Shown here: positions 9,965-19,263 of the stretch, piece after piece
How the letters are laid out: each line of letters opens with the position of its first letter
How positions within the stretch are numbered: position 1 is the first letter of the stretch
From: Clostridia bacterium
GTDB taxonomy: Bacteria > Bacillota > Clostridia > Oscillospirales > Acutalibacteraceae
Assembly (NCBI GenBank): GCA_017624735.1
Contig: JAGAMK010000027.1
Location: forward strand, 9,280 to 73,279
Direction: 5' to 3'
Length of the DNA stretch: 64,000 bases
Notes under the pieces: generated by a model
The model's input: the letters and a program-made list of their open reading frames with translations, nothing else
Database searches by the model: none
What the model was told of the DNA's origin: nothing
Made by a program: the position numbers and the translations under genes

Positions 9965-10207
9965 TTATTTTACCTTTGCCATTACTTCATTATTGAAAAA
10001 ATCACCAACCGTGTCAGGACTTACTGAAAAGAAGTTATCATCTACAGTAACACAAACGCCTTGTTGACATTTTCCCAAGCAGAAAGTACCACCAAGTTCA
10101 ACCTTATCTTCAAGGCTGTTTTCTGTAATAAGATTTTGAATCCCTTCTACAACCTGACGTGACCCCTTAACGTGACATGAACTACCGATACATACTGTAA
10201 TTTTCAT
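9965..10207 (-). CDS. Thioredoxin-like [2Fe-2S] ferredoxin-domain protein
   Basis: 80 aa with CIGSSCHVKGS...CLGKC. First gene of the minus-strand operon, with RBS aaggaga upstream. Confidence 0.7.
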   Translation of the reverse strand: MKITVCIGSSCHVKGSRQVVEGIQNLITENSLEDKVELGGTFCLGKCQQGVCVTVDDNFFSVSPDTVGDFFNNEVMAKVK

Positions 10208-10274
10208 AATATATTTCTCCTTAATTTACTTTCGCAAATACTATGTATTTTGCGTCAAAAAGTACTAACAAAAA

Positions 10275-10302
10275 TTATACACCTTTTTTTACTTGTATTC
10301 AA
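10275..10302 (-). promoter_or_regulatory. Candidate promoter of the hydrogenase operon (TTGAAT-16 nt-TATAAT on minus strand)
   Basis: The reverse complement reads ttgaat acaagtaaaaaaaggtg tataat, about 70 nt upstream of the 10207 start. Confidence 0.45.
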
Positions 10303-10383
10303 CAAAAAAATCAAAAAACAATTTATACAAAATCTACAGAATTTATAGCTTTTTTGTAAATATATCAATCTAAAATACTGATT

Positions 10384-10403
10384 TTGTTAAAAATTTATCA
10401 CAA
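10384..10403. promoter_or_regulatory. Rex-box-like inverted repeat TTGTTAA-N6-ATCACAA (non-canonical spacing)
   Basis: Half sites resemble the Rex operator halves TTGTGAA/TTCACAA, but the spacer is 2 nt longer than the canonical 18-bp site. It lies just upstream of a TTGATT-17-TAAAAT promoter candidate (10408-10436) for rex. Confidence 0.3.
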
Positions 10404-10570
10404 TATATTGATTTTATTGACGGATATTGATAAAATACATAAGGTTATAATGGAATTGTGTAGATTTGCAAATCGATATATATATTATCGATATTTGTGG
10501 CACCGATTTAAAGTTAGCTTTAAGCAATACACCTTTTTTATTTGATTTAAACCATAAAGGAGGCACGTCA

Positions 10571-11203
10571 ATGAAAATTGTTCCTGTTTCAAAAGCAACC
10601 TTAGGGAGGTTACCAGGGTATCTTAAATTGCTTAGAAAAATATCACCTGATAAAGTCCCTTATATATCGGCTACAACTATTTCAAAAGAGCTGAATCTTG
10701 GAGAAGTTCAGGTAAGAAAAGACCTTGCAACAGTTAGTGGTGAAGGAAAGCCAAGACTGGGATATGCAACAGAGGAACTTATAAAAAAACTTGAAGATTG
10801 TCTTGGATATAATGAATTAACTGGTGCTGTGTTGGTAGGTGCCGGAAAACTTGGGGGAGCTTTGTTACAATACGAAGGTTTCGAACGTTTCGGTGTTGAA
10901 ATCATAGCAGCATTTGATAAAAATGAACATACAATAAACATTGATTCTAAAATTGAAGTTTTACCAATGAGTAGATTTGAAAGTTTCTGCAAGGAACGTA
11001 ATATTCGCATTGGAATCATCACGGTTGTTGAAGAATCGGCACAGGATGTATGTAATCAAATGGTTAGAAGTGGTATAACGGCAATATGGAATTTTGCACC
11101 TTGCAAATTACAGGTTCCTGACGGAGTTCTGCTTCAAAATGAAAACTTAGCATTATCATTGGCTCATTTAAGCAATCAACTGTCTCGCAGTGATAAAGAG
11201 TAA
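10571..11203 (+). CDS. rex: Redox-sensing transcriptional repressor Rex
   Basis: MKIVPVSKATLGRLPGYLKLL winged-helix N-terminus and Rossmann GAGKLGGAL. RBS aaaggagg sits 7 nt before this ATG. The track ORF start at 10466 is an unsupported extension. Confidence 0.9.
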   Translation: MKIVPVSKATLGRLPGYLKLLRKISPDKVPYISATTISKELNLGEVQVRKDLATVSGEGKPRLGYATEELIKKLEDCLGYNELTGAVLVGAGKLGGALLQYEGFERFGVEIIAAFDKNEHTINIDSKIEVLPMSRFESFCKERNIRIGIITVVEESAQDVCNQMVRSGITAIWNFAPCKLQVPDGVLLQNENLALSLAHLSNQLSRSDKE

Positions 11204-11293
11204 AGTGAGAAACAATATAAATCAAAAAGATAATAAACATTATTATATATGATGTTTTAATAAGAAGGATAATTTAAAAAGTGAGGTTTTAAT

Positions 11294-12235
11294 ATGAACA
11301 AAATCACAATAATCGGTTCAGGTAACGTTGGTGCAACTATTGCATATACCGCAACAGTTATGGGTCTTGCATCAGAAATCGTAATGATTGATGTCAATGA
11401 AGAAAAGGCTCTTGGCGAAGCACTTGACATCAGACAAGGTATTCCGTTCTGTAACCCAGCAACAGTTCACGCAGGTTCATATCAGGATGCTGTTGATTCA
11501 GATATCGTTATCATTACATCAGGCCTTGCAAGAAAACCAGGGCAGACAAGACTTGACTTGGCACAGGCTAACGTTAACATCATGAAGTCTATCGCTACTG
11601 AAATTGTTAAGTATGCTCCAAAGGCTACATACGTAATTGTTAGTAACCCTGTTGATATTCTTACATATGTTTTCTGTAAAACAACAGGTATTCCTGAAAA
11701 GAGAGTTATCGGTTCAGGTACAATCCTTGATACATCACGTTTACGTGCAAGAATTGCTGAATATTATTCAGTAAACCAGAAAAATGTTCATGCATATATT
11801 TTAGGTGAACACGGTGATACAGCTTTTGTTCCTTGGTCGATTGCTAATATTTCAAATGTTCCAATTGAAGATTACAGAAATGCTGTGGTGAAATCAGATT
11901 TATATCCTGAATTTAACAGAGACGAAGTAGAAGATTATGTTCGTAAATCAGGTGGACGAGTTATTCAGCGTAAAGGTGCAACATTCTATGCTGTTTCAGT
12001 TTCAGTTTGCCACCTTTGCAAATGCTTGTTGAATCCTATTGATACAACTCTTACAGTTTCAACAATGCTTCACGGTGAATATGGTATTGATGATGTTTGC
12101 TTGAGTCTTCTTAACATCGTTGGTAACAAGCAAGTTCAGGGCAAGATTCTTCTTCCTCTTAATGACCAGGAAATTTGGTCATTGAATAAGAGTGCAGAGA
12201 GCCTTAAAAATGTTATTAAACAAATTGAATTATAA
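11294..12235 (+). CDS. mdh: LDH/MDH-family 2-hydroxyacid dehydrogenase, predicted malate dehydrogenase (LDH-like MDH)
   Basis: GSGNVG Rossmann fold and GEHGD catalytic His. The specificity loop reads GLARKPGQTRLDL, with Arg where LDHs have Gln (Q102). Confidence 0.65.
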   Translation: MNKITIIGSGNVGATIAYTATVMGLASEIVMIDVNEEKALGEALDIRQGIPFCNPATVHAGSYQDAVDSDIVIITSGLARKPGQTRLDLAQANVNIMKSIATEIVKYAPKATYVIVSNPVDILTYVFCKTTGIPEKRVIGSGTILDTSRLRARIAEYYSVNQKNVHAYILGEHGDTAFVPWSIANISNVPIEDYRNAVVKSDLYPEFNRDEVEDYVRKSGGRVIQRKGATFYAVSVSVCHLCKCLLNPIDTTLTVSTMLHGEYGIDDVCLSLLNIVGNKQVQGKILLPLNDQEIWSLNKSAESLKNVIKQIEL

Positions 12236-12259
12236 GAACTTTAGAAAGGATAAATAGAA

Positions 12260-13636
12260 ATGGAATTTCGTATTGAACACGACTCTATGGGCGAGATGAA
12301 AGTCCCTGCAGACCGTCTTTGGGCTGCACAGACTCAGAGAAGCCACGAAAACTTTGAAATCGGTGTTGGTATTGAAACAATGCCTGCTGAAATTATAAAT
12401 GCATTCGGTATCCTTAAAAAGGCTGCTGCAATTGCGAACAATGCTCTTCGTCCTGAAAAGATGACAGAAGAAAAAATGAATGCAATCTGTGCTGCTTGTG
12501 ATGAAGTAAGAGAAGGTAAGCTTAACGGCCACTTCCCACTTGTTGTATGGCAGACAGGTTCAGGTACACAGTCAAATATGAACTCAAATGAGGTTATCGC
12601 TAACAGAGGTAACCAGATTCTTGGCAAAACATTACTTCATCCAAACGATGACGTAAATATGAGCCAGTCTTCAAATGACACATTCCCAACAGCTATGCAT
12701 ATCGCAGCTGTTCTTGCATTAGAAGAAAAGCTTCTACCTGCAGTTAAGGACTTGATTGAAACATTTAAGAGACTTGAAGCAGAAAACGAAGGAATTGTCA
12801 AGAGTGGTAGAACTCACTTACAGGATGCAACTCCTATAAAGTTCAGTCAGGAAATCAGCGGTTGGCGTTCAAGCCTTGAAAAGGATGTTGAATTAATCAA
12901 TCGTTCAATCGAACCTCTTTATGAACTTGCTCTTGGCGGTACTGCAGTTGGTACAGGTCTTAATGCACCTGCAGGTTTCGACACAGGTGTTGCTCAAGAA
13001 GTTGCAAAGCTTACAGGAAAGCCATTTGTAACTGCTGCAAACAAATTCCATTCACTTACATCAAAAGATGAACTTGTATTTGCACACGGTGCAATCAAAG
13101 CACTTGCTTGTGATATGATGAAAATCGCAAATGACGTTCGTTGGTTAGCCTCTGGTCCTCGTGATGGTCTTGGAGAAATCTTCATTCCTGAAAATGAGCC
13201 TGGTTCATCAATTATGCCAGGTAAGGTTAACCCAACACAGTGTGAAGCAGTAACAATGGTTGCTGTTCAGGTAATGGGTAACGATGTTGCAGTTAGTATG
13301 GCAGCATCTCAGGGAAACTTTGAATTGAATGTATTTATGCCTGTATGTATCTACAATTTCTTGCAGTCAGCAAGACTTCTTGCAGAAGCAATCGTATCAT
13401 TCAATAAAAACTGTGCTGTTGGCATTAAAGCAAACAAAGAGAAGATGCACCACAATCTTCACAACTCTTTAATGCTTGTTACCGCGCTTAACCCATACAT
13501 TGGTTATGAAAACGCAGCAAAAACAGCAAAGAAAGCATTTAAAGATAATATTTCACTTAAAGAAGCTTGTGTTGAACTCGGTTTCTTGACAGCTGAAAGA
13601 TTTGACGAAGTATTCCATCCTGAAGAAATGGTATAA
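12260..13636 (+). CDS. fumC: Class II fumarate hydratase
   Basis: GSSIMPGKVNPTQCEA signature. 458 aa with full-length similarity to the FumC pattern. Confidence 0.95.
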   Translation: MEFRIEHDSMGEMKVPADRLWAAQTQRSHENFEIGVGIETMPAEIINAFGILKKAAAIANNALRPEKMTEEKMNAICAACDEVREGKLNGHFPLVVWQTGSGTQSNMNSNEVIANRGNQILGKTLLHPNDDVNMSQSSNDTFPTAMHIAAVLALEEKLLPAVKDLIETFKRLEAENEGIVKSGRTHLQDATPIKFSQEISGWRSSLEKDVELINRSIEPLYELALGGTAVGTGLNAPAGFDTGVAQEVAKLTGKPFVTAANKFHSLTSKDELVFAHGAIKALACDMMKIANDVRWLASGPRDGLGEIFIPENEPGSSIMPGKVNPTQCEAVTMVAVQVMGNDVAVSMAASQGNFELNVFMPVCIYNFLQSARLLAEAIVSFNKNCAVGIKANKEKMHHNLHNSLMLVTALNPYIGYENAAKTAKKAFKDNISLKEACVELGFLTAERFDEVFHPEEMV

Positions 13637-13651
13637 ACCGGAGGTAAACCT

Positions 13652-14440
13652 ATGAAAGTTAGTTATTTCCCCGGATGCACTCTTAAAAACAAGGCTAAAG
13701 AACTTGATGTTTATTCAGTTAAGTCTGCCGAAGTTCTGGGTATAACTTTAGAAGAAATTGAAAATTGGCAGTGCTGTGGCGGTGTGTTCACAACAGCAAG
13801 AGATGAAGTTGCAACAAAACTTTCATCAGTTCGTGCACTCAAATATGCTCTTGATAGAGAACAGCCACTTGTTACAGTTTGTTCAGCTTGTCATAATGTA
13901 ATTAAGCAGACAAATTATGCTATGCAGAATGATAAGGAATTTGCCGATAAGGTTAACAGATACATGGCAGAAGGTGAATATAACGGAGAAACAGAAGTTT
14001 ATAATTACCTTGAAATGCTCCGTGATATGGTAGGCTTTGATGCGGTTAAGGAAAAAGTGGTCAACCCACTTAAAGGTAAAAAAATCGCAGCATACTATGG
14101 TTGTCTTCTTTTAAGACCTAACAGTGTTATGAGAATGGATGACCCTGAAAACCCAACAATCATGGAAGATTTAATTAAAGCAATGGGTGCAGAGCCGGTA
14201 GTATATGCAAAGCGTAACGAATGCTGTGGTGGTTACATCTCAGTAGAAAGTCCGGAATCAGCTAAGAGAAATAGTAATGCGATTATTGCAAATGCAAAGG
14301 CTGCAGGTGCAGAAATGATTATTACTGCATGTCCACTTTGCAAATATAACCTTATTAAAAATGGTGCGGATATTCCCGTAATTTATTTCACAGAGCTTCT
14401 TGCTGAAGCCCTTGGCGTAAAGGAGGATACAAATGAATAA
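13652..14440 (+). CDS. hdrB: HdrB-like protein with two CCG domains
   Basis: Two complete CCG patterns: C...WQCCGG...CSACHN and C...ECCGG...CPLCKYN. Confidence 0.85.
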   Translation: MKVSYFPGCTLKNKAKELDVYSVKSAEVLGITLEEIENWQCCGGVFTTARDEVATKLSSVRALKYALDREQPLVTVCSACHNVIKQTNYAMQNDKEFADKVNRYMAEGEYNGETEVYNYLEMLRDMVGFDAVKEKVVNPLKGKKIAAYYGCLLLRPNSVMRMDDPENPTIMEDLIKAMGAEPVVYAKRNECCGGYISVESPESAKRNSNAIIANAKAAGAEMIITACPLCKYNLIKNGADIPVIYFTELLAEALGVKEDTNE

Positions 14441-14822
14441 TAAAGAGTATCTTCAGGAAGAGATTATCCGTAGAAGTGGTGTGAATCCAAGCAAGTGTAT
14501 GCGTTGTGGCAAATGCTCTGCAACTTGCCCTGCATACGATGAAATGGAATATCATCCACATCAATTTGTAAATATGGTTGAAAGCGGCGACATTGAGCCG
14601 TTACTCAATTCAGAATCACTTTACAAGTGTTTATCATGTTTTGCGTGTATCGACAGATGTCCAAGAAATGTAGAACCTGCTAAATTGGTTGAAGCAGTAC
14701 GTCTTACTGCAATCAGACAGCAGGGCGCAAACAGAATGACTGCTAACGACGTTCCTCAGATGATTGAAGAGGATGTTCCACCACAGTTGCTCGTAAGTGC
14801 GTTCAGAAAATATACTAAGTAA
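14433..14822 (+). CDS. hdrC: HdrC-like 2x[4Fe-4S] ferredoxin-domain protein
   Basis: CMRCGKCSATCP and CLSCFACIDRCP. 8-nt overlap with the hdrB-like gene. Confidence 0.8.
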   Translation: MNNKEYLQEEIIRRSGVNPSKCMRCGKCSATCPAYDEMEYHPHQFVNMVESGDIEPLLNSESLYKCLSCFACIDRCPRNVEPAKLVEAVRLTAIRQQGANRMTANDVPQMIEEDVPPQLLVSAFRKYTK

Positions 14823-14836
14823 GGAGGAGAAGACAA

Positions 14837-16831
14837 ATGCAAAGAGTTGGCGTTTTTGTATGTTGGTGTGGTAGTAATATTGCAGGTACAGTTGATGTTG
14901 AAGCAGTATCAGAAGCCTTGAAAAGCGAACCAGGAGTAGTCTTTTCCACTAACTATCAATATATGTGCTCACAGGCTGGTCAGGATATGATTAAAGAAGC
15001 TGTTAAAGAGCATAATCTTACAGGAATTGTTGTTTGTTCTTGTTCACCAAGAATGCACGAAGCAACATTCCGTAAAACTGCAGCTGCTGCAGGACTCAAC
15101 CCATATATGGTTGAAATCGCAAATATCCGTGAACAGTGTTCATGGGTACATAAGGATATGCTTACAGGTACTGAAAAAGCAATTATCCTCGGTAAAGCTG
15201 CTATTGCAAAAGTGAATCTCAACACTCCACTCACTCCGGGTGAGTCACCTGTAACAAAGAGGGCTTTGGTTATCGGTGGTGGTATTGCAGGTATCCAGAC
15301 TGCACTTGATATTGCAGATGCAGGTTTCCCTGTTGATATCGTTGAGAAAAAGCCTACAATTGGCGGTAAAATGGCACAGCTTGATAAAACATTCCCAACA
15401 CTTGACTGTGCTGCTTGTATTCTCACTCCTAAAATGGTTGATGTGGCGCAGAATGAAAAAATCCGCATCTTCTCATATAGTGAAGTTTCAGAAATTAAAG
15501 GCTTTGTTGGTAACTTTGATGTAACTATCAAAAAGAATGCTCGTTTCGTTAAGGAAGATGTTTGTACAGGTTGTGGTGCTTGTGTTGATAAGTGTCCAAT
15601 GAAGAAAATCCCTAATGAATTCAATTTAGGTATGGATAATCGTAAGGCTATCTACATTCCATTTGCTCAGGCAGTGCCAAAAGTTGCAACAATCGACCCT
15701 AACGCATGTAATATGCTTAAAAATGGTAAATGCGGTCTTTGTGCAAAGGTTTGTACAGCAGGTGCTATTGACTATACACAGAAGGATGAATACATCGAAG
15801 AAAAGTATGGCGCAATCGTAGTTGCAACAGGCTTTAATCCAATCAGTATGGATAAATTTGACGAGTTTGCTTATAACCAGTCAAAGGATGTTATCACATC
15901 TCTTGAATTTGAGCGTCTTACAAATGCTGCAGGTCCTACTGCAGGTAAACTTTTAAGACCATCTGACGGAAAGCATCCTCACACAATCGTATTTGTTCAG
16001 TGCGTAGGCTCACGTTGTGATGCTTGTGCTGAAAAGGGTAAAGAGTATTGCTCAAAAATTTGTTGTATGTACACAGCAAAACACGCAATGCTTACAAGAG
16101 ATAAATATCCTGATACTGAAGTTTACGTGTTCTACATTGACGTAAGAACTCCGGGTAAGAACTTTGACGAATTCTATCGTCGTGCAGTTGAAGAATATGG
16201 AGTTAAATATATCAAGGGTATGGTAGGCAAGGTAACACCAGAAGGTGATGTACTTAAAGTTCAGGCATCAGACCTTATCGCAAACAAACAGCTTCATATT
16301 GATGCTGACTTGGTTGTTCTTGCAGCAGCAATTGAGCCTGATAAGTCTGCTCGTCCACTTGCTACAATGCTTACAGCAAGTATGGATACTAACGACTTTT
16401 TTACAGAAGCTCATCCAAAACTTCGTCCTGTTGAAAGCCCAACAGCAGGTGTCTTCCTTTCAGGTGCTTGTCAAGGACCTAAGGATATTCCTGAAACAGT
16501 TTCTCAGGCAGGTGCAGCAGCGTCAAAGGTTATCGGACTTCTTGCAAAAGATAAGTTGACAGGTAACCCATGTGTTGCTCATTCAAATGAACTTATGTGT
16601 AACGGTTGTTCATCTTGTGAAAGAGTTTGTCCTTACGGTGCAATCACTTATAGTGATAAAGAATTCCGTATGCCGGACAGAACAACTAAGATTAGAAGAG
16701 TTGCATCAGTTAACCCAGCAGTTTGTCAGGGTTGCGGTGCTTGTACAGTAGCTTGTCCATCAGGTGCTATGGACCTTAACGGATTTGCTAACTCACAGAT
16801 TATGGCGGAGGTTGACGCAATATGCAAGTAA
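14837..16831 (+). CDS. hdrA: HdrA-like FAD/FeS flavoprotein (putative bifurcating subunit)
   Basis: VFVCWCGSNIAG N-terminus and GGGIAGIQTALDIADAG FAD fold. Four CxxCxxCxxxCP-type motifs. 664 aa. Confidence 0.85.
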   Translation: MQRVGVFVCWCGSNIAGTVDVEAVSEALKSEPGVVFSTNYQYMCSQAGQDMIKEAVKEHNLTGIVVCSCSPRMHEATFRKTAAAAGLNPYMVEIANIREQCSWVHKDMLTGTEKAIILGKAAIAKVNLNTPLTPGESPVTKRALVIGGGIAGIQTALDIADAGFPVDIVEKKPTIGGKMAQLDKTFPTLDCAACILTPKMVDVAQNEKIRIFSYSEVSEIKGFVGNFDVTIKKNARFVKEDVCTGCGACVDKCPMKKIPNEFNLGMDNRKAIYIPFAQAVPKVATIDPNACNMLKNGKCGLCAKVCTAGAIDYTQKDEYIEEKYGAIVVATGFNPISMDKFDEFAYNQSKDVITSLEFERLTNAAGPTAGKLLRPSDGKHPHTIVFVQCVGSRCDACAEKGKEYCSKICCMYTAKHAMLTRDKYPDTEVYVFYIDVRTPGKNFDEFYRRAVEEYGVKYIKGMVGKVTPEGDVLKVQASDLIANKQLHIDADLVVLAAAIEPDKSARPLATMLTASMDTNDFFTEAHPKLRPVESPTAGVFLSGACQGPKDIPETVSQAGAAASKVIGLLAKDKLTGNPCVAHSNELMCNGCSSCERVCPYGAITYSDKEFRMPDRTTKIRRVASVNPAVCQGCGACTVACPSGAMDLNGFANSQIMAEVDAICK

Positions 16832-17256
16832 ATGAATATAAACCATTAATCGTTGCATTTTGTTGCAACTGGTGTTCTTATGCGGGTGCTGACCTTGCAG
16901 GTAACAACCGCCTTAACTATCCGGCAGAGGTAAAGATTATTCGTGTTCCTTGCTCATGCCGTGTAAACCCGATGTTTATTCTCCGTGCATTCCAGCGCGG
17001 TGCTGATGGTGTAATCATCTGTGGTTGTCACCCGGGTGACTGTCACTATACATCAGGTAACTACTACACTCGTCGTAGAATGGCAGCACTTTTTTCAATG
17101 CTTGATTATCTCGGTATCGAAAAAGAGCGTACTCGTGTTGAATGGGTTTCAGCTGCTGAAGGTGCAAAGTTTGCAGCAACTATGAACGATTTCGTTGAAA
17201 AGGTAGTTGCTTTAGGTGAAAACAAGAGATTGGAGGATTTACGATGCAAAAAATAA
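16822..17256 (+). CDS. mvhD: MvhD/FlxD-like [2Fe-2S] protein
   Basis: FCCNWCSYAGADLAG...VPCSCR...CGCHPGDCHY. 10-nt overlap with the hdrA-like gene. Confidence 0.85.
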   Translation: MQVNEYKPLIVAFCCNWCSYAGADLAGNNRLNYPAEVKIIRVPCSCRVNPMFILRAFQRGADGVIICGCHPGDCHYTSGNYYTRRRMAALFSMLDYLGIEKERTRVEWVSAAEGAKFAATMNDFVEKVVALGENKRLEDLRCKK

Positions 17257-18242
17257 CTCGCGAACAGTTGATTGAAAAAGCAGTTGCTTTGCTCGCAGAC
17301 GGAACAGTATCTTGTGTTCTCGGTTGGAGCAAAGGTGAGTTTGATTATGATGTAACTCCTGCAATTTTCAACAATGAAGAAGAATTAAAAGCAAATTTCG
17401 TGTTCAACGATTTCTGCGGTGTGAATTTCTCAAAATATCTTGTTGCAAAAACACAGAAATGTGAAGGCAAAATCCTTGTTTTCCTTAAACCATGTGATAC
17501 ATATAGCTTTAACCAGTTATTGACTGAACACAGATTTGACCGTGAAAAGGTTTATGCAGTTGGTATCCCTTGTGAAGGTATGGCTGATGTTGCAAAGGTT
17601 AAGACAATCTGTGGTGATGGTATCGCATCAATCAATTTTGATGGTGAAAATTTAGCAGTTACAACTCTTTATGAGGATGCGCCTGTTATGATTTCAACAA
17701 ATGATGTACTTGCAGAAAGATGTGTAAACTGCAAGAGCAAGAAACACGTCGCTTATGATGAATTAATAGGCGACGAAGGTGAAGTTATCGAGTCAAATCG
17801 TTTTGACGAAGTTGAAAAACTTGAAGCAATGACTCCTGATGAAAGATTTGCTTTCTGGCAGAATGAACTTTCTCGTTGTATTCGTTGTAATGCTTGTAGA
17901 GATGCTTGTCCTGCGTGTACTTGTGAAAAATGTGTTTTTGACAACCCTAATTCAGGTGTTGAAAATAAATCACCTGCAAATAGCTTTGAAGAAAAAATGT
18001 TCCACATTATCAGAGCATTCCACGTTGCAGGTCGTTGTACTGACTGTGGCGAATGTTCAAGAGTTTGCCCACAGAACATTCCTTTACACCTTCTTAACCG
18101 TAAGTTCATCAAAGATATGAATGAGTTCTACGGTGAGTATCAGGCTGGTGCAGAGGTTGGCTCACGTGCTCCTTTGGTTGACTACACAACTGAAGATTTA
18201 GAACCAGGTGAAGTTTTTAATAGGGGGGATATGAATGCGTAA
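17244..18242 (+). CDS. FeS protein, FlxC-like (4Fe-4S dicluster; assignment C versus B by gene order only)
   Basis: CIRCNACRDACPACTCEKC and CTDCGECSRVCP motifs. Overlaps both neighbours. Confidence 0.6.
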   Translation: MQKITREQLIEKAVALLADGTVSCVLGWSKGEFDYDVTPAIFNNEEELKANFVFNDFCGVNFSKYLVAKTQKCEGKILVFLKPCDTYSFNQLLTEHRFDREKVYAVGIPCEGMADVAKVKTICGDGIASINFDGENLAVTTLYEDAPVMISTNDVLAERCVNCKSKKHVAYDELIGDEGEVIESNRFDEVEKLEAMTPDERFAFWQNELSRCIRCNACRDACPACTCEKCVFDNPNSGVENKSPANSFEEKMFHIIRAFHVAGRCTDCGECSRVCPQNIPLHLLNRKFIKDMNEFYGEYQAGAEVGSRAPLVDYTTEDLEPGEVFNRGDMNA

Positions 18243-19263
18243 ATGTTCTCTTGATAAAATGAACCTTGTTTTTGCTGAAATCGCAAAAAATGCAGCCTTG
18301 TATCTTCCTGTTGACCAGAATGACGGCAGTGCTGTTTATAAGAAATGGGAAGAGGGTACAGTTTGGAGCAATGCTCTTAATACTGTAAGAAGCCCTAAGG
18401 ACTTCTTCTTCCCACAGACTGAAGATTTGATGAAATTCACAACTTCAGGTAAAAATATTGAAATTATTGATACAAGAAGTGAATCAGAAGATTTTGTTAT
18501 CTTCGGCGTTCGTGCTTGCGACGTAAAGAGTTTTGACATTCTTGACCGAGTTTTCTTAACAGAGCCTGTCGATAGCTTCTATGGTTCAAGAAGAGAACAT
18601 GGTGTTATCATTTCTCTTGCTTGTACAAGACCTTCAGAAACTTGCTTCTGTAAGACATTCGGTATTGATGCATCTGAACCGGCAGGGGATATCTCAGCAT
18701 GGAAAACAGAAACAGAAATTTTCTTCAAGGCTAATACAGAAAAGGGTGAAGAACTCTTAAATAAACTTTCAGCTCTGACAGAAGATTGTGATGATTCTAC
18801 TGTTAATGAACAGAAAGCAAAAATCAATGCAATTATGAACAAACTTCCACTTAAAGACCTTACAACAGATGCTTTTGGTGGTGGAAAAACAAACGAATTC
18901 TTTAATTTACCTGTGTGGGATGAGCTTTCAGGGACTTGTCTTGGTTGTGGTACTTGTACATTCGTTTGTCCTACTTGTCAATGCTATGATATTAAAGATT
19001 TCAATACAGGTAATGGTGTTATCCGTTACAGATGTTGGGACTCTTGTATGTACTCTGATTTCACTAAGATGGCTCACGGTAACAATAGACTTACTCAAAA
19101 AGAACGTTTCCGTCAGAGATTTATGCACAAACTCGTGTATTTCCCTGAAAACAATGATGGCGAATTCAGTTGTGTAGGTTGTGGACGTTGCCTTGCAAAA
19201 TGCCCGATTTCAATGAATATCGTAAAGGTTATGAAAAAGTTAGGAGGAGCAACAAATGAATAA
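18235..19263 (+). CDS. FeS protein, FlxB-like (AsrA/sulfhydrogenase-beta-like)
   Basis: CLGCGTCTFVCPTCQCYD and CVGCGRCLAKCP motifs. Overlaps both neighbours. Confidence 0.6.
   Translation: MRKCSLDKMNLVFAEIAKNAALYLPVDQNDGSAVYKKWEEGTVWSNALNTVRSPKDFFFPQTEDLMKFTTSGKNIEIIDTRSESEDFVIFGVRACDVKSFDILDRVFLTEPVDSFYGSRREHGVIISLACTRPSETCFCKTFGIDASEPAGDISAWKTETEIFFKANTEKGEELLNKLSALTEDCDDSTVNEQKAKINAIMNKLPLKDLTTDAFGGGKTNEFFNLPVWDELSGTCLGCGTCTFVCPTCQCYDIKDFNTGNGVIRYRCWDSCMYSDFTKMAHGNNRLTQKERFRQRFMHKLVYFPENNDGEFSCVGCGRCLAKCPISMNIVKVMKKLGGATNE

Noticed and set aside
10466-10570. N-terminal extensions of track ORFs (rex 10466, frdB-like 20029, sulfatase 54746, membrane LuxR 60074, fucosidase 39202)
   Set aside because: In each case an internal ATG has a properly spaced GGAGG-type RBS. 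The extension also overlaps a neighbouring gene, promoter or terminator.
14980-15624. 214-aa minus-strand ORF, plus many other 60-120-aa ORFs in the track (e.g. 476-742, 1870-2190, 10708-11022, 17753-18112, 44122-44469, 46733-47101, 57267-57689)
   Set aside because: All are embedded antisense or out of frame within long motif-bearing genes. They have no independent start signals or recognisable motifs.
14837-16831. Selenocysteine or other recoding in the HdrA-like or other Hdr/Flx genes
   Set aside because: All ORFs are uninterrupted with Cys at the cluster-binding positions. No in-frame TGA needs explaining.
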